DNA of 64,000 bases from an uncultured Desulfospira sp. (GCA_963663165.1 OY760175.1:4384001-4448000), one strand, 5' to 3'; shown: positions 49,965-60,834, counted from the stretch's first letter. Notes: generated by a model not told the origin, from the sequence alone. Translations and numbers: made by a program.

Positions 49965-50683
49965 CTAACCATCAGGTTGAGCGGTTCGATAAATTCAGGG
50001 TCCTGCTCGTCAATCACGCGGATGGTTTCCTTGTGAAGCCGCTTTTTCAGTTCCCCGAAGATGTTCCTGTTTTTGGTGAAGGTGCCGGCATAGGCCATGG
50101 CTTCGGCCATCAAAGATTCCCGGCTGTCACAGGCCTTGACAATGACCTGTCCTTTTTCTAGTTCCAAGGCGGTCATCCGTTTTCCGGACAACAGCAGTTC
50201 ATTGAACAAGGGTTCGGGAACAGCCTTGCGGACAAACGCGATCATCCCGGGAAGAAAGGGGATCATCACATCCACCTCGGGAAAACAAAAATACCCCTTA
50301 TCGTTTCTCATGAACCTGAAATCACAGGCACAGGTAAGGATGGCGCCATTGCCGAAGGCATGGCCGTTGATGGCCGCAATCACAGGGACCGGAAAGAGAA
50401 GCAGCCGTTTGAACAGGGTGTTCATGTTATACATAAACGCTTTTATGGATTGAAAGTCCTTTTGAGCAAATTGCTGGCCCAACCAGTCCACATCAACCCC
50501 TTGAGAAAAGTTTTTTTCATCCGAAGATGTAAGAACGACGCTGAAAATTTCCTTATCCTCAAGCACCTGATCCAGGCACTGGTTGATCTGCTTCGAGAAT
50601 TCAAGGTTCTGCCGGTTGGCCTCATTGCACATGTCAACCACCGCCACCGTGTTTTCCCTGTGCCATTTAACAACTTCCATCAC
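49961..50683 (-). CDS. Enoyl-CoA hydratase/isomerase family protein
   Basis: FSQGVD and PVIAAINGHAFGNG. Confidence 0.88.
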   Translation of the reverse strand: MMEVVKWHRENTVAVVDMCNEANRQNLEFSKQINQCLDQVLEDKEIFSVVLTSSDEKNFSQGVDVDWLGQQFAQKDFQSIKAFMYNMNTLFKRLLLFPVPVIAAINGHAFGNGAILTCACDFRFMRNDKGYFCFPEVDVMIPFLPGMIAFVRKAVPEPLFNELLLSGKRMTALELEKGQVIVKACDSRESLMAEAMAYAGTFTKNRNIFGELKKRLHKETIRVIDEQDPEFIEPLNLMVS

Positions 50684-51227
50684 ATCTCCTTTCTTTGTCG
50701 GCGTTTAGCTTTGGCCCTAAGCCGTCTTTCCTGCTTTTTTCCAAAGGGCGTCCCCCTGCAAATGAATGAATGCCGGACAGCCCGCGGCCATTGTCAGGAT
50801 GGAACTTATACCACCAAACTTGGGTTTTTAAAAGCCGGGGGTGGGAAATCATTTGGCTTTAATAACCAAAACTACTTGAAATTTAAACGCATTATCGCTA
50901 AAGAGATGCCGTCAGTTGTGGGCGGTAAACGCGCAATGAAAAGCAAAGAACCGTTAAAGTAAATCGGCATCTGTTTTTTCGGACGTCCTTGCTTTTCCCT
51001 GTGGACGAACTTCATTGAAAACTTCATTGACAACCCCTGATTTTTTTGACAAGCTTCGCCATGGTACTATATCAAGAGTGGGCTGGTACAATTTTAAAAT
51101 GAAACCCCAGCCGAAGCTGGGACAACAGTTTCAATTTTTGTTGTGAACGAAGCGGGTTCTAAACCCCCGGCCGTCCCGGGTTCTGCCCCTTGGGCATGAC
51201 GGTTATAAAAAAAATTAGGAAGGCGCC

Positions 51228-52907
51228 ATGATAATAGGACTTGATGTTGGCGGCACGCATACCGATGCAGTTCTTATCAGCAGGAACGGAGGGGTTGAAA
51301 AAAAGGTCAAAGTTCCCACAGATCCTGACGATCTATTTAAAAGTGTTCTTTCAGGGTTTAACCTGCTCATGGGCGACACCGACCCTGGGCGCGTCAAGCG
51401 GGTCGTTATTTCCACCACCCTGACAACCAATGCCCTTGTCCAGCAGACCATGGAGCCTGTAGGGATGATTGTGTCCGCCGGTCCCGGCATTGATCCTGAA
51501 TTTTTTCGCACTGGAGACCATTACTACCCCGTGGCCGGCTCCATCAACCACCGGGGCAGGGAAAAGGCCCCGGTAAATGAAATGCAGATTGAGGATATTG
51601 TCAAGAAATTAAAAAAAGACAAAATCGAATACGTGGGCGTGGTCAGCAAGTTCTGCGTTCGAAACCCGTCCCATGAAATCCTGATTAAACGGATACTGAA
51701 CAAACATTTTAAAAAGGTATTTCTAGGTCATCATGTTTCAGGAAATTTGAACTTTCCCCGGCGAATCGCCACCACCCACCTGAATGCCGCTGTTTTCGCA
51801 CTGCATAAAAATTTCTTTGAAGCCGTCAAGCATTCTCTGGAAGAAAAAGGGCTGCGGGTTCCCATTCATATCCTCAAGGCGGACGGGGGAACCATGACAC
51901 TGGAATCTTCCATGGCCTTTCCGGGGCAGACCGTTCTTTCCGGCCCTGCGGCAAGTATCATGGGGGCTATTCCCCATGCGCCTGAAAAACAGGACGCCAT
52001 TGTGCTGGATATCGGGGGGACCACCACGGATATTGCCTTTTTAGTGGACAAAGCCCCTCTTTTGGAGCCCGTGGGCATCCAGAGAGGCCGGTACAAGAGC
52101 CTGATCCGGTCGCTGAGAACCGACTCCAAAGGCATTGGCGGTGATTCCGCCCTCAGGGTGGACGAATCAGGCCAGCTGACTGTTGGGCCGGACCGGAAAG
52201 GACCTGCCATGGCATTTGGGGGCCCTATGCCCACGCCGACGGATGCGTTAGTGGTTCTTGGCCTAATGGATGAGGGGAACCGGGAAAAGGCCACTGAAGG
52301 GATCCATGGCATTGCCCTGCAGCTCGGATTAGAAGACACGGACGCTGCTGAAGCCATATTTAAAAAATGCTGTTCCATTATTTTGAAAAAAACCTTTGAA
52401 ATGATTGACCAGATCAACTCAATGCCCGTGTATACGGTCCATGAGTTTTTAGAGGGGTATAAGCTCAGCCCGAGCAAGATCCTGATTCTTGGCGGGCCGT
52501 CCAAATATTTTGCAGAAAAAATCGAAGATATGTACCAGATTGAAACCGTTGCCGTTCCGGAATCTGCCGTGGCCAACGCCATTGGCGCGGCCTGTGCCCG
52601 GACCACCTGCGAGGTTTCCTTGAACGCCGATACGGAACAAGGTGTTGTCACCGCCCATGAGGAAGACTTTGCCGAGCCTATCTCCAAGACCTTTTCCGAG
52701 GATGACCTGATCGAAACCGCCTATGGGTTGTTAAAGGAAAAGGCCATCAACTCCGGTGCGGATTCAGAAAATCTGGATGAGGTGGAAGTGGTTGAATTTC
52801 AGAAGTTCAACATTGTCAGGAATTTTTCTCCAAAAGGGAAAATCTACCGGACAAAGATCCAGATCAAACCGGGCCTGATTAAAGGGTATGAAACCGTTCT
52901 CCAGTAA
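51228..52907 (+). CDS. Hydantoinase/oxoprolinase family protein
   Basis: GLDVGGTHTD, LSGPAAS, DIGGTTTD and ANAIGAA. Confidence 0.88.
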   Translation: MIIGLDVGGTHTDAVLISRNGGVEKKVKVPTDPDDLFKSVLSGFNLLMGDTDPGRVKRVVISTTLTTNALVQQTMEPVGMIVSAGPGIDPEFFRTGDHYYPVAGSINHRGREKAPVNEMQIEDIVKKLKKDKIEYVGVVSKFCVRNPSHEILIKRILNKHFKKVFLGHHVSGNLNFPRRIATTHLNAAVFALHKNFFEAVKHSLEEKGLRVPIHILKADGGTMTLESSMAFPGQTVLSGPAASIMGAIPHAPEKQDAIVLDIGGTTTDIAFLVDKAPLLEPVGIQRGRYKSLIRSLRTDSKGIGGDSALRVDESGQLTVGPDRKGPAMAFGGPMPTPTDALVVLGLMDEGNREKATEGIHGIALQLGLEDTDAAEAIFKKCCSIILKKTFEMIDQINSMPVYTVHEFLEGYKLSPSKILILGGPSKYFAEKIEDMYQIETVAVPESAVANAIGAACARTTCEVSLNADTEQGVVTAHEEDFAEPISKTFSEDDLIETAYGLLKEKAINSGADSENLDEVEVVEFQKFNIVRNFSPKGKIYRTKIQIKPGLIKGYETVLQ

Positions 52908-52910
52908 TTT

Positions 52911-53188
52911 TATAACCGTCATGGACGGCTTGGATTATCCAGCCAGGAAGCGTCCACAACAAATAATGAAAGTCATCTCAGGATGTTGGTGAGACTTTCA
53001 TATAAACGGCCACGGGCCGTCTTGGTTATCTAACCAGGAACCGCCCACAACAGATAATGAAAGTCATCTCAGGATGTTGGTGAGACTTTCATATAAACCG
53101 TCACGGACGGCTTGGATTATCCAACCAAGCACCGTCCACAACGAAAAATGAAAGTCTTTTCGGCTTGTTAATGAGACTTTCATATAAA
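52911..53188. repeat. Three tandem ~91-bp double-hairpin repeats
   Basis: Units start at 52911, 53001 and 53092; each has a GGAC/GTCC-type stem and an ATGAAAGTC...GACTTTCAT stem. Confidence 0.85.
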
Positions 53189-53201
53189 ATTTGAGGGAAT
53201 C

Positions 53202-54518
53202 ATGTTAAAAGCGTTGAACAAAACAGGCCTTGTGTTTTTCCCCGCATTTGACTGGGCGATTGACCCCACCCATCCGGAACGGGAAGAGCGCCTTTTATAC
53301 ACCCAGGATCAGGTCATGGAAGAAGGGATATTTGACATCCCCGGGATTATTGAATACAAGCCTGACCTGGTGACTCCCGAAGACATTCAAAGAGCCCATT
53401 TCTGCGTTCCTGATGAAAGAAGCATTACCACAGAATCTCACTTGATCAGCTCCGGCGGCGCCAAGATCATTGCCGATGCGGTCCTCAAAAAAGAAGTTAA
53501 AAATGGTTTTGCCCTTGTCCGTCCCCCGGGACACCACTCCATGAGGGTTTCCCATGGCGGCAGGGGGTTCTGTCATATCAATATTGAAGCGGTCATGGTG
53601 GAGTATATCCGGTCCCATTACGGGGTGAAAAAGATTGCCATTGTTGACACGGATTGCCACCATGGGGACGGGACAAACGATATCTACTGGCATGACCCGG
53701 ATGTCCTGTTTATCTCCCTTCACCAGGACGGCCGGACCATGTATCCGGGCACCGGGTTTCCCGGCGAACTCGGCGGCCCCAATGCCAAGGGAACCAACCT
53801 GAATATTCCCCTGCCTCCGGGCACCTCCACCGAAGGATATCTTTATGTGATCCGCAACTGTGTCCTGCCCGTTTTAGAAGAGTTCAAGCCGGACATTGTG
53901 GTCAATTCCGCAGGCCAGGACAACCATTATACCGACCCGTTGACCAATATGAACTTTTCCGCCCAGGGGTATGCCAAGCTGACCAGCATGTTAAAACCCG
54001 ACATTGCGGTTCTCGAAGGCGGGTATGCCATTGAAGGGGCACTGCCTTATGTCAATTTAGGGATTATTCTGGCCATGGCCGGCATTGATTATTCGGGGGT
54101 GGTGGAGCCTGATTACAACCCGGAAAGGCTCAAGCAGTCCGTGAGCGTGACCGACAAGATCAAGAAGACCACAGACCAGATCAACGGCTATTGGGCAAAA
54201 CGGGATATCTTAAGGGAACAGGCCGGTCCGCCCGGCGAGTTGCTGGTCCGCCACCGGGAAATTTTTTATGATACGGACAATATTTTCGAGCGTCAAAAGG
54301 AAAAAATCTGGACCTGCAGGGATTGCGGCGGCAGCTTTGAAATTGACTCCAAAGGTGCCCCGGGCCTTCACATTCTCGGGGTTCACATTCCCATCAACGC
54401 CTGCCAGGCCTGCATTGAAAGGGGATATGAATTTTATGACAAGGCCGATCCGAAAAAATTTGACCGGGTCTTTCTCCAGGACCGGCCAAAAGACGAGTAT
54501 CTGGTAAAAAAAAAATAA
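53202..54518 (+). CDS. Histone-deacetylase-family amidohydrolase with C-terminal CxxC pairs
   Basis: RPPGHH, DTDCHHGDGT, SAGQD and LEGGY. Confidence 0.9.
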   Translation: MLKALNKTGLVFFPAFDWAIDPTHPEREERLLYTQDQVMEEGIFDIPGIIEYKPDLVTPEDIQRAHFCVPDERSITTESHLISSGGAKIIADAVLKKEVKNGFALVRPPGHHSMRVSHGGRGFCHINIEAVMVEYIRSHYGVKKIAIVDTDCHHGDGTNDIYWHDPDVLFISLHQDGRTMYPGTGFPGELGGPNAKGTNLNIPLPPGTSTEGYLYVIRNCVLPVLEEFKPDIVVNSAGQDNHYTDPLTNMNFSAQGYAKLTSMLKPDIAVLEGGYAIEGALPYVNLGIILAMAGIDYSGVVEPDYNPERLKQSVSVTDKIKKTTDQINGYWAKRDILREQAGPPGELLVRHREIFYDTDNIFERQKEKIWTCRDCGGSFEIDSKGAPGLHILGVHIPINACQACIERGYEFYDKADPKKFDRVFLQDRPKDEYLVKKK

Positions 54519-54534
54519 AAGGGTCTTTCCGGCG

Positions 54535-55455
54535 TTGGGCGGGCGGTTTGAAAATTTGAAAATTCGTTCCCTTGTGATTGGGTTCACAAGGGAATTTTTT
54601 ATTCAGGAGGGATACCTTGAGGTAGAGACCCCTGTCATGGGGCCGGCCGTTATCCCCGAGGCCCATATTGACCCGGTCACGGCCGGCGGTTCAGGGGGGG
54701 GGCTTGGGTATCTTCAGGCCTCCCCGGAGCTTTGTATGAAACGGCTTTTATCCCGGGGCCTTCCCAAGATTTTCCAGATCTGCAAATGCTTCCGGAAAAA
54801 TGAACGCGGGGAACGGCACCTGCCGGAACTGACCATGCTTGAATGGTATGCGGCCCATGAAACCTATCATGATCTGATGACCCAGTGTGAAAATCTTTTC
54901 CGGTTTATTGCCAAAAGACTTGGCAGGGGAACCACCCTTGAGTACCAGGGAAAATCCATTGACCTTTCCCCTGAGTTTAAGCGGATTTCCGTGTCCCGGG
55001 CCTTTGAAGATTATACGGATGTCACCATGGCCCGGGCCATTGAAACGGACCGGTTTGATGAACTTATGGGCTTTAACATCGAACCTGGCTTAGGCCTTGA
55101 CCGGCCCTGTATCCTTTACGATTACCCGGCCTGTTTTGCCAGTCTTGCCATGCTCAGACAAGACTGTCCGGATCTTGCCCAGCGGTTTGAACTCTACGTT
55201 GCCGGCATTGAGCTGGCCAACGGGTTTACCGAGCTTACGGATTCGAAAACCTTACGGCAGCGGTTTATCAAAGAAAACCAGATCCGGCAGGACCGGGGCA
55301 TGGAAAGCCTTCCCATCCCCGAAAAATTCTTACAGGACCTTAGCGCCATGCCGCCGGCCGCCGGAATCGCTTTGGGGCTGGACCGTCTGGCCATGCTGTT
55401 CTGTAATGCCGGTGCCATTGACGATGTGGTGGCCTTTACCCCGGAACAGCTGTGA
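54535..55455 (+). CDS. epmA: EF-P lysine aminoacylase (GenX/PoxA)
   Basis: YLQASPELCMKRLL, HLPELTMLEWY, ELANGFTEL and ALGLDRL; no anticodon-binding domain; start uncertain. Confidence 0.9.
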   Translation: MGGRFENLKIRSLVIGFTREFFIQEGYLEVETPVMGPAVIPEAHIDPVTAGGSGGGLGYLQASPELCMKRLLSRGLPKIFQICKCFRKNERGERHLPELTMLEWYAAHETYHDLMTQCENLFRFIAKRLGRGTTLEYQGKSIDLSPEFKRISVSRAFEDYTDVTMARAIETDRFDELMGFNIEPGLGLDRPCILYDYPACFASLAMLRQDCPDLAQRFELYVAGIELANGFTELTDSKTLRQRFIKENQIRQDRGMESLPIPEKFLQDLSAMPPAAGIALGLDRLAMLFCNAGAIDDVVAFTPEQL

Positions 55456-55695
55456 TGGCCGGCGCTTTTTACTTTTTTCGCTTCTTTGACATTCCAAATA
55501 TGAAGCACTTATGATACGATTGGTCTATCCAAGGAAAACTAACACGTTGAAAATTCAAGACATGTGAGGCTGTCTATCTCTTCAGATAAAAAAATAATGC
55601 CGGGTTTGTCGCGTATTATGCGTACTCTGGGATGAAAGGGGCTAACGCTGTTTTTGGACCGTTACCCGGTATTTACCCAAAGAAATAGAGGTGAC

Positions 55696-56175
55696 ATGGA
55701 ACATATTGTCGGTATAGCAGACATGAAAGTCAGCAATCATTCGGGAGACACCATTGTGGCCCCCGCACTGGGTTCAGGTATCGGGCTTGGGGTATATGAC
55801 CTGAGCGCCCGGGTGGGGGGGATACTTCATTACATTCTGACGGATTCTTCCATTGATGAAACCAAGGCACAAACCCAGCCGCTCATGTTTGCGGACACCG
55901 GTATTCCCACATTGTTTGAACAGGTTTATCGGCTGGGTGCTGAAAAAGACAGGCTCAGGGTCTTTGTTGCCGGCGGTGCCCAGTTTATGGACCAGGAGGG
56001 GGGTTTTAATATCGGGCAGCGAAATTACACGGCCTTAACCCGGATACTGGCCCGTGAGAATATTCCCATCTGGAAACAGGCCGTGGGCGGCAATTTTAAC
56101 CGGACAGCCAGAATGGACATCACCACCGGCCGGATCTCTTTGGAAACGTCAGGGCAAGGCGAGGTGCAGTTATGA
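55696..56175 (+). CDS. cheD: CheD-family protein
   Basis: VGIADMKVS, LGSG, FADTGIP, AGGA and NIGQRN. Confidence 0.85.
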   Translation: MEHIVGIADMKVSNHSGDTIVAPALGSGIGLGVYDLSARVGGILHYILTDSSIDETKAQTQPLMFADTGIPTLFEQVYRLGAEKDRLRVFVAGGAQFMDQEGGFNIGQRNYTALTRILARENIPIWKQAVGGNFNRTARMDITTGRISLETSGQGEVQL

Positions 56176-57020
56176 CAAACTTTCAGGAAATGGCCCGGGA
56201 AATCAAAAGTTTGACGCCCATCCCCGCCGTGGCCATGACGCTTTTAGAGATGGTGGAAGACCCCAACAAGACCATGAACGATGTCACCAATGTAATCCAG
56301 TATGACCCGGCCATCACCGCCGATGTCCTTCGAAGCGCCAACTCAGCATACTTTGGATTGAAATACCCGGCTGAAACCATCTCGGATGCGGCCAAAATGT
56401 TGGGTATGGACCGTCTTGTGGAGATTGTCCTGCTGAAAGTGGCGGCCAAGATAACCCAGGGGCCTTTGGGCGGATACGGCCTGCATGAAGGGGCCCTGTG
56501 GCAGTATTCGGTATCATCGGCCCTTATAGCAAAACAGGTGGCGGTCCAGCTCGGCCTGCCCCATACGTGCAGCATATTTACCGCAGCCCTTCTCAAGGAT
56601 ATTGGTAAAACCGTGATGGATAAATATATCCGGAACGCCCATGAAAAAATTTCCGACCTGGTGATCAATGAGCATTTCAGCTTCATGGAGGCGGAGAAAG
56701 AGGTCATCGGCGTGGACCATGCCGAACTTGGCGGGATGATGGCCCGGATATGGAAATTCTCCCCCAAAATGGTAATGATCATCAGCAATCATCATCTTTC
56801 CCGGGAAGACATGGTAAAGGACAAAGACATGACCGTGGTCTATCTGGCCGATTGTATCTGCATGATGATGGGCATGGGGGTTGGCGCGGACGGCCTGGCC
56901 TACCGGTTCCATCGCAAGGCCATGGAAAGTATCGGCATTTCAGCCGATGATATCGCCGGCATCATGGCCGACTTCACCTTCCGGATGAAGGAAGTGGAAA
57001 CGCTGTTGCAAATGACCTGA
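56172..57020 (+). CDS. HDOD domain protein
   Basis: DPAITADVLRSANSAYFG, LLKDIGK and GVDHAELG. Confidence 0.9.
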   Translation: MTNFQEMAREIKSLTPIPAVAMTLLEMVEDPNKTMNDVTNVIQYDPAITADVLRSANSAYFGLKYPAETISDAAKMLGMDRLVEIVLLKVAAKITQGPLGGYGLHEGALWQYSVSSALIAKQVAVQLGLPHTCSIFTAALLKDIGKTVMDKYIRNAHEKISDLVINEHFSFMEAEKEVIGVDHAELGGMMARIWKFSPKMVMIISNHHLSREDMVKDKDMTVVYLADCICMMMGMGVGADGLAYRFHRKAMESIGISADDIAGIMADFTFRMKEVETLLQMT

Positions 57021-57041
57021 CCACCCGCCATTTAAAACGGT

Positions 57042-57683
57042 TCACATCATTCCTGCCGGTTTAACATGTTTGTTGATCAGCCTTACGGCAATCAAGCTCC
57101 CGGCGACAGCCGCCAGAAAGGAGACCGCCACCTGGGCGAAAAACAGGGGAACTGTGACCTTGTCCATGAGCCCTGCAAAAAAGGGGTCTACCTGGGCGGT
57201 CCGGGCGATGGTATGGCTGTCCTTCATCAACAGCAACGGACAGCCGTTGGCCACGGCAAGGATGGTGGCATAAAAGCTGTACCCTGCCGATATTACGCCT
57301 AAATTTTCAGATCCCCTGGTCCGGATAAACCAGTCTGCCGCAAGGCCTGCCGGCAAAGCCATCGCCAGAATCTGCCAGAATCCCATGGCAAGCCCCATAA
57401 ATCCCCACACCCCGGCGTTAACGGCAAGGGCCCGGCCCGGCACCTTGATCACCATGAAAATATACACCGTGGCCAATAACAGGTTTTCAAATGCCTGGTG
57501 AAAATAGGAAAGGATAAAGAGCCCGGCCAGGGAATGAACGGCATACAGGATGTGGCTGAGCATCAGTATCAGGCTGTTGAAAATGCCGGCCATTATCAGG
57601 TGGGACATGGCCCTGCCCGTGCCCGAAAGAATGATATCACAGCTTTTGGGGCTAAAGGCCTTTTCTTCTGGTTGCGGTCGCAT
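57042..57683 (-). CDS. Membrane protein, possible MptD-like ECF S component
   Basis: About 6 TM segments ending KHVKPAGMM; directly after a TonB receptor gene. Confidence 0.5.
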   Translation of the reverse strand: MRPQPEEKAFSPKSCDIILSGTGRAMSHLIMAGIFNSLILMLSHILYAVHSLAGLFILSYFHQAFENLLLATVYIFMVIKVPGRALAVNAGVWGFMGLAMGFWQILAMALPAGLAADWFIRTRGSENLGVISAGYSFYATILAVANGCPLLLMKDSHTIARTAQVDPFFAGLMDKVTVPLFFAQVAVSFLAAVAGSLIAVRLINKHVKPAGMM

Positions 57684-57691
57684 ATGTTTGC

Positions 57692-59806
57692 TTAAAACCG
57701 CCAGACAACCGACAGGCCCGCACAGAACGGCTCCCCGTCCTGGACCAGTTCCATGCCGTCCCAGTCGTATTTGATGGTATGGTATTTCTTGTCAAACACG
57801 TTTTTTCCCCAGACATAGATATCAAACGTTTCTGTTTCATATCCCAGTTTAAGATTGACCAGGGCATAGGCATCTTCCTTGACCGTATTGGCGTGATCCC
57901 CGTAAAAAGACCCCACCCCGTTGACATCAGCCCGCATGAAAAACCCGTTCAAAAAACGGTATTGGGCGCCCAGGCTGAAGGTGTACTCCGGCACATTGGG
58001 AAGATCTTTTCCGGAATAGTCGTTTTTTTCGTAACCGGTATAAGTATCGTTCCACTCTGTGGCGATCCAGTCGTCGTATTCACCCCGGATCAGCCCTAAG
58101 CCTGCCGAAAGATCAAGCCCCCGGCACGGCCTGGCCGAAATCTCCAATTCAATCCCCTGGGTATGGGCCTTGGCGGCGTTGTCCACTTTTGTCCCGGGAT
58201 TGGCTCCGGAAATCTGTTCATACACCTGCTTGTCCGAAATTTTCAAATAAAATGCAGACAGGCTTGCTGCCAGACGGCCATCCAGAAAAGAGGCCTTGAT
58301 GCCGGCCTCATAATTCCAGACATACTCGGGGTCATAGGTAAGGGTTTGGGTGTCCACGGCCAGGGAATAATTGTATCCGCCGGCCAGGAAACCTTTTGAC
58401 ACAACTGCGTAAGTATAGATATCGTCCGTTAAATCAACCCCTATAGAAAACCGGGGAAGGAGTTCCCTGAAATTCTGATCTTCAGACAGGTTCCTGGCAC
58501 CCATGCCCCCTGTATTATAGTCGTAGTAGCTTTGATGGTTTTCCCCTTCCTGGAACTGGGCGTCATATCTTAAGCCGGCACTGATGTGAAGCCGGTTAAA
58601 AAAAGTATAAGTTGCGTTGCCGAAAAAGGCATATCCGTTGTTGTCAATATCGGTTAAGCTGTCTTCCATGGAAACGGCATTGGTCTGTGTGATCCGGGTA
58701 TCTTCCTTGAATGCGTAAAGCCCGGCAAGCCAGGTAAACGGCGTGTCTTTGGCCGAGGAAACCCTGAATTCCTGGGTCAGGATCGTGTCGTCATAGTCGG
58801 ACACCACCTCTCCCCAGTTGTTCATGGGATCACTGGTACAGTCATAATCCTGCTGGTTGTTGTTCTCATAATCCCTGCGGCCGGTTACGGAAAGAAATTC
58901 AAGGGCCTTAGTTCTATACTTGATTTTAAGGACCTGGCCGTTTCCGTCTTCATCTGACCAGTCCGTTTCCTCATGGCTGACGGTATACGGGTCGGTGACA
59001 TAGCCACCGGTTTCAAACCGGTACACCCCGATATGGTCCTTGTTTTTCATGGCATCGGCAATAAAAGAAACCTCCAGAGCTTCAGAGGGCGTGTACCGCA
59101 GTGACACCCGGCCATTGTAACGGTCCATCTTTGAGGCATCATCTTCATTGGTTGCCAGGTTGGTTGTAACGCCCTGGCTGTTTTCCCACATACCGGCCAC
59201 CCCGAAATACAGCCGGTCTTTTTGCACGGGTCCAGACAGGCTCAGTCTGGCCCTGGCTGTCATGGGATCGCCGTCAATGGACGGATAGGCCCCGGCATCC
59301 AGGGCCACCCGCCCGGAAAATGTATTGCCCGGCTGCCGGGTGATCACATTGATGACCCCGGACTCGGAATTGCCGCCGTACAAAGTGCCTTGAGGCCCTT
59401 TAAGCACTTCCAGACGTTCCAGGTCAAAAAAATCAATGTTGTGCATATAGTGCAGCGGCAGCAGCACATCATCCACATAAAAGGCCGCAGGAGAATAGAC
59501 CGATGAATCAAAAGGCGTAATTCCCCGGATGGTGATCATGTTCTCGGAGGTGGACTTTTTCATATAAACGTTGGGCGCAAACCGGGTCATTTCAAGGCAA
59601 TTGCCGATACCGGCATTTTCCAGCCGCTGACTGGAAAAGACAGATACGGACACCGGGATCTTCAAGGCGTCCTCTTCGATCTTTTGTGCGGTAACAATCA
59701 GGGTTTCGAGTTGTTCCCGGTCAGACAACTCCGATCCGAATACCGGGGCTGTGATCATCAGCAGACCGGCCAGGATTCCGGCCGGATATTTTATAGAGCG
59801 TAACAT
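57692..59806 (-). CDS. TonB-dependent receptor (siderophore-receptor-like)
   Basis: Signal peptide, ETLIVTAQK TonB box, EVLKGPQGTLYG and C-terminal Phe. Confidence 0.92.
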   Translation of the reverse strand: MLRSIKYPAGILAGLLMITAPVFGSELSDREQLETLIVTAQKIEEDALKIPVSVSVFSSQRLENAGIGNCLEMTRFAPNVYMKKSTSENMITIRGITPFDSSVYSPAAFYVDDVLLPLHYMHNIDFFDLERLEVLKGPQGTLYGGNSESGVINVITRQPGNTFSGRVALDAGAYPSIDGDPMTARARLSLSGPVQKDRLYFGVAGMWENSQGVTTNLATNEDDASKMDRYNGRVSLRYTPSEALEVSFIADAMKNKDHIGVYRFETGGYVTDPYTVSHEETDWSDEDGNGQVLKIKYRTKALEFLSVTGRRDYENNNQQDYDCTSDPMNNWGEVVSDYDDTILTQEFRVSSAKDTPFTWLAGLYAFKEDTRITQTNAVSMEDSLTDIDNNGYAFFGNATYTFFNRLHISAGLRYDAQFQEGENHQSYYDYNTGGMGARNLSEDQNFRELLPRFSIGVDLTDDIYTYAVVSKGFLAGGYNYSLAVDTQTLTYDPEYVWNYEAGIKASFLDGRLAASLSAFYLKISDKQVYEQISGANPGTKVDNAAKAHTQGIELEISARPCRGLDLSAGLGLIRGEYDDWIATEWNDTYTGYEKNDYSGKDLPNVPEYTFSLGAQYRFLNGFFMRADVNGVGSFYGDHANTVKEDAYALVNLKLGYETETFDIYVWGKNVFDKKYHTIKYDWDGMELVQDGEPFCAGLSVVWRF

Positions 59807-59895
59807 GTCACCCCTTTTTTGTTGAATATTTAGAATTAACTTATAAAATCCTTATACAACAACAAAATAAAGAACGACGAACCATATGGGGTTTA

Positions 59896-60231
59896 TTGCG
59901 TGCCTTTAAAGGTTTTTTGCAGGAGATCTTCTGTTTCCGGCAAGCGGTGGGAACTTATTCAGAACATGACCGGGGCCTTCGGAATATTTATTCCAGACTT
60001 GATGAATACGGTCAGGACTATATTGAAGAACTCATACCCCATGAATATGTTCAGGGGAAAAACCACGGAGTTCCCGACAAAGAAGGCTTTGTGTGGGGTT
60101 ATAAACCGGATGCCGGAGGGTTTGAACCCCAGCTTAAGGAACTCGAATATCGGTTTTGGGATTATCTTAAAAATGCCTGGGAACGCCTGGAAAAAGATTT
60201 CTGGATGCTCAATATCTTGATATTATGGTAA
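59896..60231 (+). CDS. Hypothetical protein or gene fragment
   Basis: 111-aa ORF with a TTG start; no motif recognised. Confidence 0.3.
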   Translation: MRAFKGFLQEIFCFRQAVGTYSEHDRGLRNIYSRLDEYGQDYIEELIPHEYVQGKNHGVPDKEGFVWGYKPDAGGFEPQLKELEYRFWDYLKNAWERLEKDFWMLNILILW

Positions 60232-60423
60232 ATTTTGACCCCAATGTGTTAAAGTTCAGAAAAAAATATAAAATCATATGCCATAAAGATTCCGGGCTTG
60301 TCTGATCGATTCCTTGTTGCCCCATGTCCATTTCAAAGAAGGGTTCGATGACAGGGATAGTCTTTGGTTGCATCCATCGAAAATTTGTAATGCGAGTAGT
60401 CCTCTCCTTCAATACTTTAAAAC

Positions 60424-60834
60424 CTATTTCGTTTCGATCCAATTTTCCAACCTTAAACCATCAACTCTAATAAACTCACGCATATTGTTTGAAACCAAGA
60501 TCAATGATTCACTTCGGGCATGCCCGGCAATATGCAAATCATTGACCCCGATAGGGGTGCCTTTCTTTTCTAAGTCAGCTCTTATATTTCCATAGTGGGC
60601 TGCAGCATTATCGTCATAGGCAAGGACTTCCAGGCGGGATACAAAATCTTCTACTTTTCTTAAATTATGAGACACCATAGCGCTTTTTTCGGCACCATGT
60701 AAAATTTCGGCCAACGTAATTGAACTAATACACATCTGCCCTGCATGGGCGTTGAAAACGTCTAAAATTTCAATTGGCCGACGCTTAATCACATAGATAA
60801 CAATATTGGTGTCCAACATATATTTCAACATCAA
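60424..60834 (-). CDS. vapC: VapC PIN-domain toxin
   Basis: YMLDTNIVIY, ISSITLAE, DLHIAGHA and SNNMREF. Confidence 0.93.
   Translation of the reverse strand: MMLKYMLDTNIVIYVIKRRPIEILDVFNAHAGQMCISSITLAEILHGAEKSAMVSHNLRKVEDFVSRLEVLAYDDNAAAHYGNIRADLEKKGTPIGVNDLHIAGHARSESLILVSNNMREFIRVDGLRLENWIETK

Noticed and set aside
52911..53188. Possible CRISPR array
   Set aside because: The intervening sequences are homologous to each other rather than unique spacers, and no cas genes are in the window
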